A DNA stretch of 64,000 nucleotides, taken from the NCBI RefSeq assembly GCF_036321535.1, contig NC_087459.1:27342001-27406000 (forward strand), read 5' to 3'. The stretch comes from Camelus dromedarius. Lineage: Eukaryota. Positions 1 through 12,594 of this stretch are shown here, one piece after another. A model generated the notes under the pieces. That model ran no database searches, was not told the origin of the DNA, and was given only the letters and a program-made list of their open reading frames with translations. The first letter of the stretch is position 1. Each line of letters starts with the position of its first letter. The position numbers and the translations under genes were made by a program.

Positions 1-99
1 ATTCTAGCAAAAAGGAAAAAAACCTAAGCTTTCCATGTTACAGAAATATAACAGAAAGCTCTCTAGCAAGCATTTGGGAAATTTGGGGACAAACCTCAG

Positions 100-185
100 C
101 TTTGTTCAGACTAACTCGCCTTGTGACTTAGGAAAAGCTGCTTCCCTCTCTGGGCCTGTATTTCTCATCTGTAATGGGTAGACTG
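100..185 (+). mobile_element. MIR SINE fragment
   Basis: tgtgactttaggaaaag...ccctctctgggcctgtatttctcatctgtaatggg resembles the MIR core. Confidence 0.7.
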
Positions 186-849
186 GATAACATAATTGCT
201 AACATTTGTGAGTGCAGACAGACACAGGTAAGAATCTAAAAGAAAGGGCTAACATAGTAGTTCTTAAGCAGTGAGGCAGAAAGACACATGAGAATCAACC
301 AAGGAGATTCTTCAGAAGGCAAGTTACTTCCCATCCAAACACATACTCCTTGGGTATCAGAATCTAGAGGGCTTCTGGTGTGTGTATAAGAACACTTCTT
401 TCAGCTGATTCTATTATTGTCACCTACCTCCTCCCTCTTGCTAAGGCCCTGAGAATCCCTAGATAGGAAAGAAAAGGCTCTAGCATTAAAGATTGGGAAT
501 CCCAGTTCTCAACGTACAGTTCTCAACAATCCCAGTGGGACCAAGTGAAAAGAAAGAACTGTGGCAGTGTCACTGCTGAGGGAGCTCAATGCCTAGAGAG
601 CATTGTGACATGAGGTTCCATCGGCAGCACCAGGCCCTAGAACTTCCCTGCAGCCTCCAGGGACCCCGATAAGACCGTGGCTATCATAGTTCCATCTGGA
701 GGCATCCTTGACCCCTCTCTGATGCTCGTGATAGAAGTCCTAAACAACCTGAAAGAAATGAATTTGTTCCATTCCATATTCCTTGTTCTGTGGCCTCCAA
801 GGAAGGACAAGAAACCATAGGTGGCCCCTGGACACATGTCCAAACTCAC

Positions 850-906
850 CCACATCCTGCTCATGTCACTCAATTCATTTTTGTATCTCAGAGAATCTTT
901 CAGGAC
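850..906 (-). CDS. HIP1: HIP1 coding exon (canonical exon 4), 57 nt, VLKDSLRYKNELSDMSRMW
   Basis: Minus strand reads ...tctttctccAG|GTCCTGAAAGAT...AGGATGTGG|GTGAGT. The peptide matches the HIP1 ANTH domain directly after HPN; phase 0 at both ends. Confidence 0.95.
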
Positions 907-1141
907 CTGGAGAAAGAAGAGAGGAGACAGAGGATGGTGAAAGATGGCTCAGGGTGGGGCAGAGAGGGTGATCGGAGGGAGATGAACCTGCCTCTCTAAT
1001 TGATACCCAAAAGGCCAGGAGAAGGAGCAGTTGCCGCCCTCAGTGTGGGGGCGGACAGCGGCGCCTGTGACCTAGGCAACTGCACTTTCCCCACGTGGGC
1101 CCCTGGCTCCCCGCCCATCCCCTGCAGCCCCAGGAACTCAC

Positions 1142-1284
1142 GTTTGGGTGTCCATCCCGGAGGAGTTTGTGGAACACGTGGCAGAACTTCCAGCAGAGAA
1201 CAGCATTGCTGGAGAGGGGCAGCCGGTTGACAACAGACCAGAAGGTCTGTGCCCCCTTCTCATGGTGGGTGCCCAGTATGCACG
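1142..1284 (-). CDS. HIP1: HIP1 coding exon (canonical exon 3), 143 nt, (T)CILGTHHEKGAQTFWSVVNRLPLSSNAVLCWKFCHVFHKLLRDGHPN
   Basis: Translation is a recognisable HIP1 ANTH segment. Donor is AAC|GTGAGT at 1141-1136. The exon starts CG TGC ATA (2 nt + 47 codons), preceded by AC rather than AG. Confidence 0.97.
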
Positions 1285-1303
1285 GTGAGGGAGGGTCATG
1301 GAA
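1285..1303 (-). promoter_or_regulatory. U12-type branch site and AC 3' splice site of HIP1 intron 2
   Basis: Minus strand TTCCATGAC-cctccctcAC|exon. One mismatch to the U12 branch consensus TTCCTTRAC; putative branch A at 1296, 11 nt from the AC end; no AG at the required position. Confidence 0.85.
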
Positions 1304-4300
1304 AACAAAGGCACCAGCCCTGCGCCCGCAGCCAGCCCTGGGAGGGAGCCTGCAACAGCCCACTGTTGGGGGTTGTGCGTTGCGCATGGTGCCACAGCAC
1401 TACCCAGCAGGGGGCGCCACTTATAACGATGACAATACAGATCTGCACATGTATCCTGGCAATTTTTTGGCAGATGGCAAAAAAGGGCCTCATCCTAATA
1501 AAATCCATTGTTAGACAATTTCCCCAGAGATGCAATGTCTTTTGGGAGGGGTGTATTTTCCTAATTTGCACTAGTGCACTCTGGGCCAGCCATGGCCCTG
1601 GTTTGCCTTTAGCGAGAAGATGCTTTGGTTGGAATTTGCTTTGCTTTGGGAAGACAGACTGCCCTTCCTCTAAGTTTGTTGAGTCTGTGATTGGGGCCTT
1701 TGCAGGGGGATAATTACAGTTAACATTTTAACCATACAGTACAGCTTCTCAAAATTCTGTGTTCTATAGTGATTAATAATGAAAAACAAGGGCATGCTTC
1801 AAGGGCCCTGGCCCCTACTGGGGACCCACACCCTGGCTAACCAACACCCTTGGCTCCTCTTCCAGGTGGCACCTGACTCCTCTCCTGTTAAGCATTCTGC
1901 TCTTGCCCTGAAAGCATCAATCTTTTGTTTAAAATGTCTTCTCCCTAAACTTAAAATAAACTCATAAACCCCACCTCTTCTATAAACCTTCCTGGCCTCA
2001 TCCAGGGGTGCCGTCATCACCCAACCCCTTGAATTCCTTGTATGCAGAATTCTGGGGCCACTTACCCCTGAGTTCCAATTCCAAACCTACCTGCCACCCA
2101 TGGACCGCCTGCCACAATTTGTGTGTAATAAATGTCCTTCTGGCCTATATGATTTTAATGGATCACCAGGCCTCTATAATTTGGGAGCCCTTTTCTGAGG
2201 AGAGGAGAGGATTTCCACATTTCTTTTGTAATTGTTGCTTACACCCAGTAGGTGGGCACCATCCATCCCAAGTACAGCAACTTCCTTGGAACTTCTGACT
2301 TCTTTATTTCCAGGCTCCGGTAAGAAGCACCATGCCATGTAGGAAAGACTTGCCTCAGGCTAAAAATGATGTGACTCATCCAAAGAGACATGGTGTTTTG
2401 CTTCTGAGCTGGATGGTATCATAAAGTTCCTTTCAGGAACTGAAATTTGCATTTTGAGAGGGGCCGCCTTGAACATGGAGTTTGGGGTATGGAAGCTGAA
2501 ATTGGCATTTAGTCTTAGAGGGATTTCTCAAATAACTTATAGTATCAACTAAAGCACAGCCCCCTTGGTCTGGAAGAAAGCCGAGGTGAGACGGACAGCT
2601 CCTTGTACCCTCTTGCGATGATTTCTCATGGCAGATTGTGGCTCCTTTAACCTGACACCTAAACAGAAGTCAGGGCAGGGGTGGAGTGGGCTGGGTACCC
2701 TGGCTTTGAAAGAGGCAAGGAGACCTTTCTGTCTGTCTTGATTTCATAAGCATTGTAATGTATCCAATACCCGTCAGATGCTGTAAAAAGAGATAAAGAA
2801 AAATAAGACTCAGTCCTCCAGAAGTGGGTACTGTGGTCAGGATACCAACCTGCTGACCAGGCAGGCAGCCGGGATAAATGCTCTTCTGAACAGCATTTCT
2901 GAAGTCAGACTTCCCAAATGCTTATTCAGTTAGGAGTGAGGGTAGCTGACGCTCTTTAAAAGTATCGACAGAGAAGAAATGTTTCCTCATAAGCTTTAAA
3001 CCCTACTGTATGGAGTTGATCTTTTCAACATTTATCCACTCCTTAGAAATTGTGAGGCAGAGAGACTCCTAGAATGTCAGAGCTAGAATGTTAGGACTTT
3101 GAAATCTTCTTTGGCCGACACTTGGCCAAGACAACAGAATTAAGGGTCACAGAGGCCCCACTGGGCCCACTCAAGGTCCCAGAACAAGCCAGAGCTCCAG
3201 AGATGGGATTCTGGAATCTCTCTCCAGTGTCCCTTCTGCCACCCCAGGTGGCCTCCTTGGCCAGATGTGACATGGCCTGGCCACTATAGGCATGGGCCTC
3301 TGTGTGCCCATATGCCATCCAGAGCAGCACACTGGCCCATGACAACGGTCCTCTCTTACTTCCTACCTCGCATCAGACTGATCAGTAGTCTTAGCAGGCA
3401 GGGGTCAGGACTGGGTAACTCCCTCCAAGATAATCAGTCAGTCCACTAATAATAAAGGCTTTTCTTGGTTTGGTTTTCTTGACTCACCAAAGAGTCAAAG
3501 GAATAAAGGGCAAGGTCTGGCTAGGCTCACTGTTGGGCTCCCAGGTTTCTGGGGTAACCGGGAGAGGTTCTATAGCTCCATCCCACAGCAAAGTCCTAAT
3601 TCCAACCAGAGCATCTTCCCACTAAAGATGAACTGCTTTCCCTCTGGTGAAGCACAGTACACGCTATTAGCAACACTTCCCAAGGGCATGACGGGTTCTG
3701 GGAATCCTGCTGGCAAGGCTAGCCTGGAGGGTTTCCTGCAGGGGCTTCAAGACAAGCTATTCCAACCTGACTGGCTGTGGTGCAGCCACCAGGACCAGCC
3801 CCGGTAAGAAGGAGCTGCCCACCCCAGGCAGAAGCTCAGCCTCCACTGGCCCTGTGCTCCGCCCGGGCACACGCAGAGTTAAAGGCTGCATCACTGGCAG
3901 CCTCTCCTTTGGCCTTTGAGGATTAGCCTTCCAGCACCTGGCTCTACACCACAAGGCCAGATCACAAGGGATCCACCAGCCAGAGCACTGCCTGCACTCT
4001 TCTCCAAGGCCACAGACCCATGGTGGTGGTCGCTCAGGGCCTCTGCCAACTCGATGTGTGGGGCTTGGTGAAAACCTTCAAATCATCAGTTCCTTAAATC
4101 CACCCTGACCTTCTTGTCTTCTTCCTCGTGGCTTGGGGGTGGTGTGCAGGGAACGAGCCCACACAGGTGGCCTTGCTTACATGGCTGAGCCCCTGCGTCA
4201 GTTTAAGGTCAACCGCTGCTGCTCAGACCTCTGTTTTGCTTTCATGCTCAGAGAAGGGGATTTGATCATGTTCCCAAGGGGGTGGTCATGTGACCAAGTG

Positions 4301-4594
4301 CAGGGCCCAGAGCGCTTTGATGATACAGGTGAAAACCCTTCCTGTGCCCCGAGAAAGTATCTCAAAGGAAAGTGACTTCAAATGACTTGGCAGTTCTGAG
4401 AAGCTAAGTCCCAGGAGAGGAGCCGGACTGAGCTAGATGGCAGTTTTGGTCCCTTCCAGCCTGGCCGGCTGTGGGCTCTGAGGCCAGCAGCAGCCAACCC
4501 ACGCTGTTCAGACCCGGTGGGGGCCTGGCTGGTGTGGGGGTTCCCCTTCCTGCAGCTGAGCAAGGACACCTCACCCTGACCTCAGTCCCCATGA

Positions 4595-4734
4595 NNNNNN
4601 NNNNNNNNNNNNNNNNNNNNNNNNNNNNNNNNNNNNNNNNNNNNNNNNNNNNNNNNNNNNNNNNNNNNNNNNNNNNNNNNNNNNNNNNNNNNNNNNNNNN
4701 NNNNNNNNNNNNNNNNNNNNNNNNNNNNNNNNNN
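4595..4734 (-). other. HIP1: 140-N gap; probable location of HIP1 exon 2 (TVSINKAINTQEVAVKEKHAR, about 64 nt) and the AT donor of intron 2
   Basis: I could not find exon 2 between exon 3 and the first exon. This is the only gap in that interval that is not inside an L1. The minus-strand sequence entering the gap is pyrimidine-rich (ttattcatctcatcctc), like a 3' splice tract. Confidence 0.65.
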
Positions 4735-5439
4735 GAGGATGAGATGAATAAGCTTCTGAGAGTGGCTGAGACCCTCCCAGACGCCCCGCCCCTTCCCCTC
4801 CCTCCAATGACTCCTCTCTCCCCAAAGACCCCTCTGCCCCACTGTCCCCGTGCAGGGCCCCCAGCGGGGGGCAGAGGTCCCCGGCCAGCTGGCCCGGGCT
4901 GTCCTCAGGCAGCGGGCTTTGCTGCCTGGCATTGGCTGTGCCCAGCTGCTGCGCCCGCCTGCCACTCATCCACTTGGCACAACAACATGGCAATTAAAGC
5001 CTGCACAAAGGGATGCCTTTCATCCCCCAGGGAAACATTATTTCTCCGGGAGCAGGAGGAAGAGGCGCTGAGATCAGGGAGGGACTGTGACTCAAAGACC
5101 ATCCAGCCGCCCCTCTCTCCAGCTAGAACCTTCCATGGAGCCTTCCCTAGGTGGCCAAGGTCGGCAGTGGTCACTCTCTGCTCTTCTATCCCCGCTCTTG
5201 GACACTTTCCACCTCCTAACCAAACTCCATTTTATTTTCTTACTCATATCATAAGGCCTGACAAATATTCTCTCCTTTCCAGTAGTTTTTAAAATCATAC
5301 CTCTTTCGAAGTTAGCAAAGTAGGTTATACAGATAAATACAACCGACACAAACACATACACGGAATCGTATGACGTAGGCTGGTTTTTGAAGGACAGGTT
5401 TTTCCTTTTTCTGTTTTGCTTTGCTTTCTTTCCACAGAC

Positions 5440-6600
5440 GTCATTCTACCCCAACATGTTAACAACCTGTTATGCATCATACACACACACACACCCCTCT
5501 ACATTCCAAAGTGGTTAATTTTGTCACGGTTGTATAAAGCTGAGACCGTCATGCACAGACTTTTTTACATCTTGCTTGAAAATATCCGGTGAAAAATTCT
5601 CCAAGTGAACTGGTAACACACTAGTTCATCCTTTAAAAAGGCAACATAATACTCCATGGCATGGGTGAATGGGATTTATAACAGCCGGTATTGTGACTCA
5701 ATTTATTTCCAGTAAATGGTTACTATATTCCATATATCCTTACTAATTGATGCTTTCATTTCTAAGGGATAGAGTACTAGGAGTGAGATTACTGGGTCAA
5801 AGTTGTTGTTTCTCTTTTAAACTTTTCATTGTGGGAAAAGTCCAAGCAGACACAAACAGGATGATTAGTCCAATAAACCCCAGGTCATCAGTTCCCCAGC
5901 ACCAACCACTATGAATCTGCAGCCAAACATGCTTCCTTATGGATGAAGGCTCACAAACATTTTCTGTAAAGAGCCGGTTAGTAAATATTTTAGGCTTTGC
6001 AAGCCACACGGTCTCCACTGTATTCAATTCTGCTGCTGGAGCGAAAAAGCAGCCTCAGCGATACTAAATGAAATGAATACGTAACCCAATGACTGTGGCT
6101 GAATTCCAATAAAACTTTATTTACAAAACCGGGAGGTGGTCTGGACTTGGCCTGTGCCTCTAGCATGCTCACCCTTGCTTTGTACCATCAGTCACGGATT
6201 CCCTTGCTCTGAAGTAAATTCTAGGTGTTATGCCATTTTACTCAGTAAATATTTTAGTACAAACATCTAAGGGGAAAAAAAAAGACTTTTTAGAAATTAA
6301 CCATAATACTATGATCACATCTAAAATTTTAAGGATAATTTCTTAATACCATCAAAGGGTTTGGGCTCACATTCCTCTCTTGTGTCACAACAAAAACCTT
6401 CCTCGTGGCTGTTCTCATCAGGATCTAAAGAAGGTTGCCAGGTTTCCTCAACAGGCTCTAACAATTCACACTTCCACTGACAACGTACAAAAGCATCCCC
6501 ACCGACAACAGGGCTTATCGCTTCTTTTCATTTTTGCTGATCTTACAGGTGTAGTGACATCTCATCATTACTCTAATTCGTATGTCCATGACTACTAGTG
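5440..6600 (-). mobile_element. Old L1 (L1MC/L1ME-like) 3' fragments, interrupted by MER58A
   Basis: Antisense L1 3' motifs (ctaggagtgagattactgggtcaaag; aaccataatactatgatcacatctaaaa). Confidence 0.6.
5944..6177. mobile_element. MER58A-like hAT-Charlie MITE
   Basis: Close match to the recalled consensus: tttctgtaaagagccggttagtaaatattttaggctttgc...ttccaataaaactttatttacaaaa. Confidence 0.85.
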
Positions 6601-6672
6601 AGTTTTGAGTATTTTCTTACATGTTCTCATGATCGTTGATTGCCTTACATAGTTATGTATGTTCATCTTCCC

Positions 6673-6845
6673 TTTTAAAAAAAATTAGTTGATTTACAAT
6701 GTTGTGTTAATTTTTTTCTGGTGTACAGCATAGTGATTCAGTTACATACATATATATTCTTTTTCATTATAATTACTACAAGATATCGAATATAGTTCTG
6801 TGCACTATACAGTAGGAACTTGTTGTTTATCTGTTTTATATACGT
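6673..6845 (-). mobile_element. 5'-truncated cetartiodactyl L1 3' end
   Basis: ttagttgatttacaatgttgtgttaa...ctggtgtacagcatagtgattcag...tacaagatatcgaatatag. Confidence 0.85.
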
Positions 6846-7170
6846 TCATGTTATCTTTTATAGCTTCTACATTTTTCTCCTGCTCCTGTTGTTTATACTG
6901 GTAGATGCTTACATTTTCTTCTAAGTGTTTTACTGTTGGTATTTTACACTTGAGTCTTTACCTGGAAAAAATACACACTTACATGTATGTATGTCATATA
7001 TGTGCGTGTGTGTGTGTACAGATGGGATAGAATAGGTTATTTCTAGGCTTTACCAAGATGTGTTCTTTTACATCTGGTTTACATAACTTTCGGGTGTGTC
7101 CTTTAAGTTCACTTTTGCACATATTTTTTTTCTTCCCTACCAGACTCAACTCTTTTAACACCATAAGCTT

Positions 7171-7600
7171 TGTTGTGAGTTGAATTGTGTCTCCCCGCAA
7201 AAAGATATACGCAACTCCAAATCCCCGAGCACCTGTGAATGTGATCTCATTTGGAAATAGGCTCTTGGCAGATGCAATTACTTAAGATGAGGTCATACTG
7301 GATTAGGGTGGGTCCTAAATCCAGTATGACTGGGGTTCTTATGAGAAGGTCTTGGAAAAACACAGAGGCCCAGACACGCAGGAGGAAGACAGCCATGTGA
7401 AGATGGAGGCAGACGTTAGAGTAATGTGCCTACAAGTCAAGGGATGCCCAGGGTGGCCAGCAACCACTAGAAGCTAGGAAGAGGCAAGGGTGGATTCTTC
7501 CCTAGACTCTCAAAAGGGACATGGCCCTGCCAACACCTTCCAGCCACCAGAACTGTGGGAGAATGAATTTCTGTTGTTTTAAGCCACCCAGTGTGCAGTA
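7171..7600 (+). mobile_element. MLT1C-like MaLR solo LTR
   Basis: Starts tgttgtgagttgaattgtgtctcc; contains gatgaggtcatactggattagggtggg and ccagaactgtgggagaatgaatttctgttgttttaagccaccc. Confidence 0.9.
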
Positions 7601-9164
7601 ACCCCATCAGAATCAGCCCTCCCGGAGGACAAGGCGAGGGCAGATACTGCCTTCCCTGTACCCTCTAGCACAGGCAGCGCGCTCCCCCGAGCACCATTAT
7701 TGGCCGTCAGTGCAAGAGTAAGACCAGTCAAGAAGGAATCTCATACAAGAGATGCTGCGAGAAAGAAGTAAAAAGTTTATTCCCCCACATCTCCCAGTGA
7801 GGCAGTACTCATGTCCCATGGAGGCCCTCCTGGGACCTCATTTCTCAGCATCTCTTCCAGACTCATCCCAGGCCATCCTCTTTCCTTCAGATTTCCTCTG
7901 ATGAGTGACAGTAGTTCCGTCTATGTTTCTCCCAGCTCCAGATGGGATCCTGGCTGCAGAGAGATCTCTGGGCAAAGTGACCACATTTGCCAAGCCTTTC
8001 AAGGTTGCCTGCATTCATAAGAAATTATAAGAGACCTAAAAAATGTAAGATGACAGCCAGAGACCCAAGTCCAATAAGGTGGGAACTGCAGGTGGTCAGG
8101 CTCCAGGGGGTTGGTGGACACAGTCAGTAGCATGAGCCATGATGGATGAAGGAAAATCCACACTGGCCGGCAATGCTAGAAACTGCATCAGAGCCTCAAG
8201 GGAGGACCATGATGGGCGGGGCTTGGGTTTATTCCAAAAATATCTGTTTATACTGACTGACCAATTCCCAAGCTTGTGGTCATTGTGAGCCTTGCTCGAA
8301 AAAAAAAAAATCCTTAAAATTCCCTTAAGCCACACAAAATAATACACCATGGGTATATAACCACAGACTGCGTGTGTGTGTCTGTGAACTGAAAACGTTC
8401 TGTGCTCTACATGTTGAAAGGCAGGAGAAATCCCTTGAAACTGCTCCAGGAAGATCTGTCAAAGGAAGAAAGGGGTTATCTATCTGTCCAGGTGCCTCTC
8501 CCACCATCTACCTACTTCTCTCATTTACGCCGCCCACCAACTCGAGAGGCAGCTGCCGTGGCTGCACAGAAAGGCTAAGCCCCTTGGCCAAGGTCATAAT
8601 ACTATTCAGGTGGCCAGATCCTCGAGTCCAGCTCTGGAAAGGCCTGGAGCACGCCGGCGGGGTGGGCTGCAGGGCTGCTTGTAGGCAAGGGCAGGGGTGG
8701 TGGTGGGAGTAGGGGTGAGGGATGAGGCCAGAAGGGGAGGGGGCGCTGGGTGCAGGTGGCCAGTGGGCTTTGGCGTGGGCAGGAGGGGATGGAAGCAGCT
8801 GGAGGAAGAGGGTTGAAGAGGCAGCTATTAGTAGCAGAGAGGTAAAGGAATAAAGGCCTCAACCCAAACGATGGAAGTGAAAATGGAACAAACCTGATGT
8901 AAGGTGGGCTCTAAACAATTTCAGTAGGACAGGCCAGCAGGATCTCCCAGTCCCCGGGGACAAAGCAGAGGGACGTATCAGAGATGCCACAGCGGTTTTG
9001 AAGCCAACAGAGGGCAGGACAGAGGCCGGCATCTCGGGCTGAGGGGACACTAAGCAAAGGACAGTGAGGCTGATGAGGGGAGGCCCTTGGGGTGAGAAAC
9101 AGCCATTTTTAAAAGAATGAGGAGGTGAACTAGCAGTAGCAGTGGTTATAATCATCAAGATAAT

Positions 9165-9400
9165 GGCAGCTAATGAGTGATTACCAGGCCTGGTGCTAAT
9201 AAACATTTTAAATGAATTATCTCATTCAAGTCTTATAACTACATCTGATGAGTAGGTGAGCATTAGTATTACTCATCTTCATTTTACAGATAAGGAAACC
9301 AAGGCTTAGCAAGGCTAAGTAAATTGCCCAAGGTCGCTCCACCAGCCAGCGCAGAGCAGAACTCAGACTCAGATGTGTGGGTCCACAGCTCAGGCTCCAT
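9165..9400 (-). mobile_element. MIR SINE
   Basis: cattttacagataaggaaaccaaggcttagcaaggctaagtaaattgcccaaggtc. Confidence 0.85.
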
Positions 9401-9499
9401 CACACCCCCACACCAGACACGGTCCTCCCCACCACAAAGACTCAGAATCAGAACCCAAACCATTTCCGCAGACTGCAAAACTGGGTTAAACGTCACAAG

Positions 9500-10125
9500 A
9501 TGCAATCCAGCAGGCATAAAGGAAGTTTATTGTACTGAAGTCTCAACTTGCTGGCATAGCAGAGGATATGACTCAAAGCAACACTTGAGAAAACGATTTA
9601 GGTGTTTTATTTGGCTGTGAACTTAATATAAGCAACATTGTGATGTGGGTGATCAAAATGTAGGTCTCAGCTCTGGATGTATTAAAAGGAGCATAGTGTT
9701 CAGAATGAGGGAGGGGATGGTTCTAATTCTCTATGAAGATAAATTCACAGGTAAAATGCTATTCAGTTTTAGACTTTGTACATTATGAAGGAGACCAACA
9801 AACTAGACTACTTCTAAAAAGGAGTGGCCTGGACTTGGATGCACTGGAGACCTGAAGAAAACTTAGAGGAATATCAATATTCTGAAAGGTGGTCATGAGG
9901 AAGGAGGAATAACTCCAGGGATCAAAACTAGACCAATGGGTAGAAGTACAGCAAGGCCATTTCTGGATAAACTTAAAGCTGTTTCATGAAGGAGAGAATT
10001 CCCCATTATTAGAAGTACACAGGCCGAGGTGTGGCAACCTCTCCTCGGGGTTACTGTGAGAAAGACTTACAGGCTTAGGCTGGATTAGATGATTTTTAAG
10101 TTCCTTCTCGCTGTTAGACTCTGTT
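9500..10125 (+). mobile_element. CR1/L3 LINE 3' remnant
   Basis: Colinear with the CR1 3' end: ggatgtattaaaaggagcatagtgttcagaatgagggag...aaaactagaccaatggg...ggattagatgatttttaagttccttc. Confidence 0.7.
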
Positions 10126-12594
10126 AAGGCCCTTTAGGTGATTGGGGACGGGGAGGGAAGCTTTGGATATCAGGGCAAGAAATTGTGACCTGATAGAAGA
10201 CACTGAGAGCCACAGAAGGCTCTTGAGCAGGGGAGGGACCTGATACAAATGCCCTTCCATCCTCCTGAGTTTGATGAGTTACCTTTTCAGCTTCCTGATG
10301 AAGGAAAGTGTGGACCAACTTCTGTGTGGACGTTCAGAATTCCAGCCCCAGGACGAGCCCAGGACCCTGACACAGGACCCAGCCTAGCAACAGGCTATGG
10401 AACGAAGTTTCTTCCCAAACCAACAGCTCCAAGACACCCGCAAGCTGCACCTGCCCAGGTCTGGATGGCCCCAGGCCCTTCTTCTGCAGCTCTGGCAGGC
10501 TCTCGGAGTGCCCACCTACTGCGGCCAATATGCCCAAAGCTCTCCAAGCAACACTTCCCCACCTATAAGTGCCTGAGGGGCAGGGTCCAGCCCGCGGCTG
10601 CAGGCGCACGACCTGGTTCCTATGGCAAGACTTTTGGCACTCAGAGGCGGGGCTGAGCCTGTGGGCCAGTAAATGGAGGCTGTGGGTCCTCCAATCTCAG
10701 ACACCAGGACGCTTCCAGGGCAGATGTTCCTTGCTACTAGTGTACTGTACTTTTGTGATGCTTTGGGCCTGGGATGCCATTCTGTGCCCCACGCTTGCCC
10801 CTCTGCCTTCGGCATCCCACATCCTGCCCCGTCTTCAGAGCACAGACCAAATTTTACCTTCCTTTAGACTTGCCAGGCCCCTCTTAGATGGGGATTAGAA
10901 CCTAGAATTAGAAATGTGTTCCTTCTTTCTTTTTCAGCTCCTATGTCTCATCACGTGTTTGACAGCCAGTCTATCGTCTTCCGTCCCCGCCAGGATGAAA
11001 ATCCTGCCTTCTTCCCTGGCGGCCCCACAGCTGCCGAGGCAGGGCAGAGTCTTCATAAATCAGTAAATCATTAAGGACGTAAGGACTGCTTCCCAGCGCA
11101 TCCCCATCTGCAAAGTACCGGCTATGTGAGTCCTGATCTCTTGAGAAAACCTGCTCTCTTCCCCCCACCCCCCCCGCCCCAGACTCTCTCTGAAGGAGCT
11201 GGGCCATGCCTGGGGGGACCCTCCCAGGGCAGATGGTGGGAAGTTTGGGGCTCAGTGTCTCACCTCTGGCCTGGCTTGGAGAATGTCCTCTGAGAACAGG
11301 CTGTTCTCCAGATTCCCCCGAGTCACACAGGACCTAAGACCAGGCAGGGTCCCCCTGAAAGAGCAGCATTGTGCCACTTCCTGACCCCGCTGGCCCTTGT
11401 GTCCCAAGCTGGTTCCGGAGAGCCAATTATCAGCAGGCACCGCAGGAAGGGCGGCTTTCCCCCAGCCTCTGTCCCCTCCGCCCCACCCTCGACTCCCACA
11501 GGACAGCCTCAGCCAGGCTGCAGCCAACGGGAAACCTTCAGGCCTTGCTTCTGCGGGGAGCAGGGGCTAGGCCCGGGCTGTGGGGGCTAGCCGGCCTCTG
11601 TCCATCACGCACACAGCTCCTGGCAGAGGCCTGGCATTTGGGCTGCCAAGGCTGGGCTGGCTTGCTAAGGTTCCATGGCAGGGATAGGCATGGAGGATGT
11701 GCCTGGTGCGGGTGGCAGGTCCTGAAGCCAAGGACTGGAAGGCCCACTATCCAGGCCAAGTGCAGGAAAACCTGAGACCAGGATGGGTGGGAGGAGAAAG
11801 GAGGAAATACGATAGAAGGGAGACAGAGAAACAGAATGGAAAGGGCAGGCAGTGGGATGGGAGGCATTTGTTGAGCACAGCCAGAGGTGGCCACCACCAA
11901 CAGCCTCGGCGATGCTGCCCACCTTGGGGGCTGAGGCCTGCGTCCCTCACGGAGTCAGGTGTGGAAGCTTGGAGTAAACAGATGAGGCAGGTGGTCCTGC
12001 TAACGCCTGCAACTTGGTGTAGTCTCTCATCCTTCCCCCATCCCAGCCTGCACTCCTGCAAAGGCCTGTAGCATCCAGGAGCCAAGCTCAGCCCACACAA
12101 GACTGAAAAGATCTTCCTTCCAAGGGCCTGATCCTGAGACACAGGACAGAAAGGGATCCTCTGGGTCACCATCTCCACCCAGGCACGAACGAGGCTGGTG
12201 AGGGGGTAGGGTGGGCAGCGATGCCGGCAAGAGGCAGACTCAGAAGACTGCTGAGGTGTACCATGGTAAAGGTGGGGACAGCCAGAGTAAGGACGACAGA
12301 TTCAGAACCAAGTTGAGGTCACATGAGCCTCGGGGAAGAGACAAGCAGGGCACAGAAGACCAAAGGCAGCCCTCAGTACTGAGTGAGACCGCTCTGGTCC
12401 TGCCTGTGATACTTGGAAGTTGATGTCAGCCATCAAGTCTTTTTAATTCTTCTCTTGATCAGAAATTATAATAGGATAGTCACTGTCATTGTCCCCCAGT
12501 TAGTGGTAGCAGCAGGGCCTCTACCAGGTGCTGCACTTGGGGATTTGCTTCTGATGCTCCCTCCCCTGGAGGGCAGGGAATCCGACCCCCGATT

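Noticed and set aside
4471-5292. 273-aa ORF, the longest in the track
   Set aside because: It is open only because it runs through 140 Ns; the flanks are low-complexity.
11252-11527. Minus ORF ending at GAG|GTGAGA (phase 0) as a possible extra first exon
   Set aside because: The peptide is not recognisable, there is no CpG or promoter signature, and the donor is only moderate.
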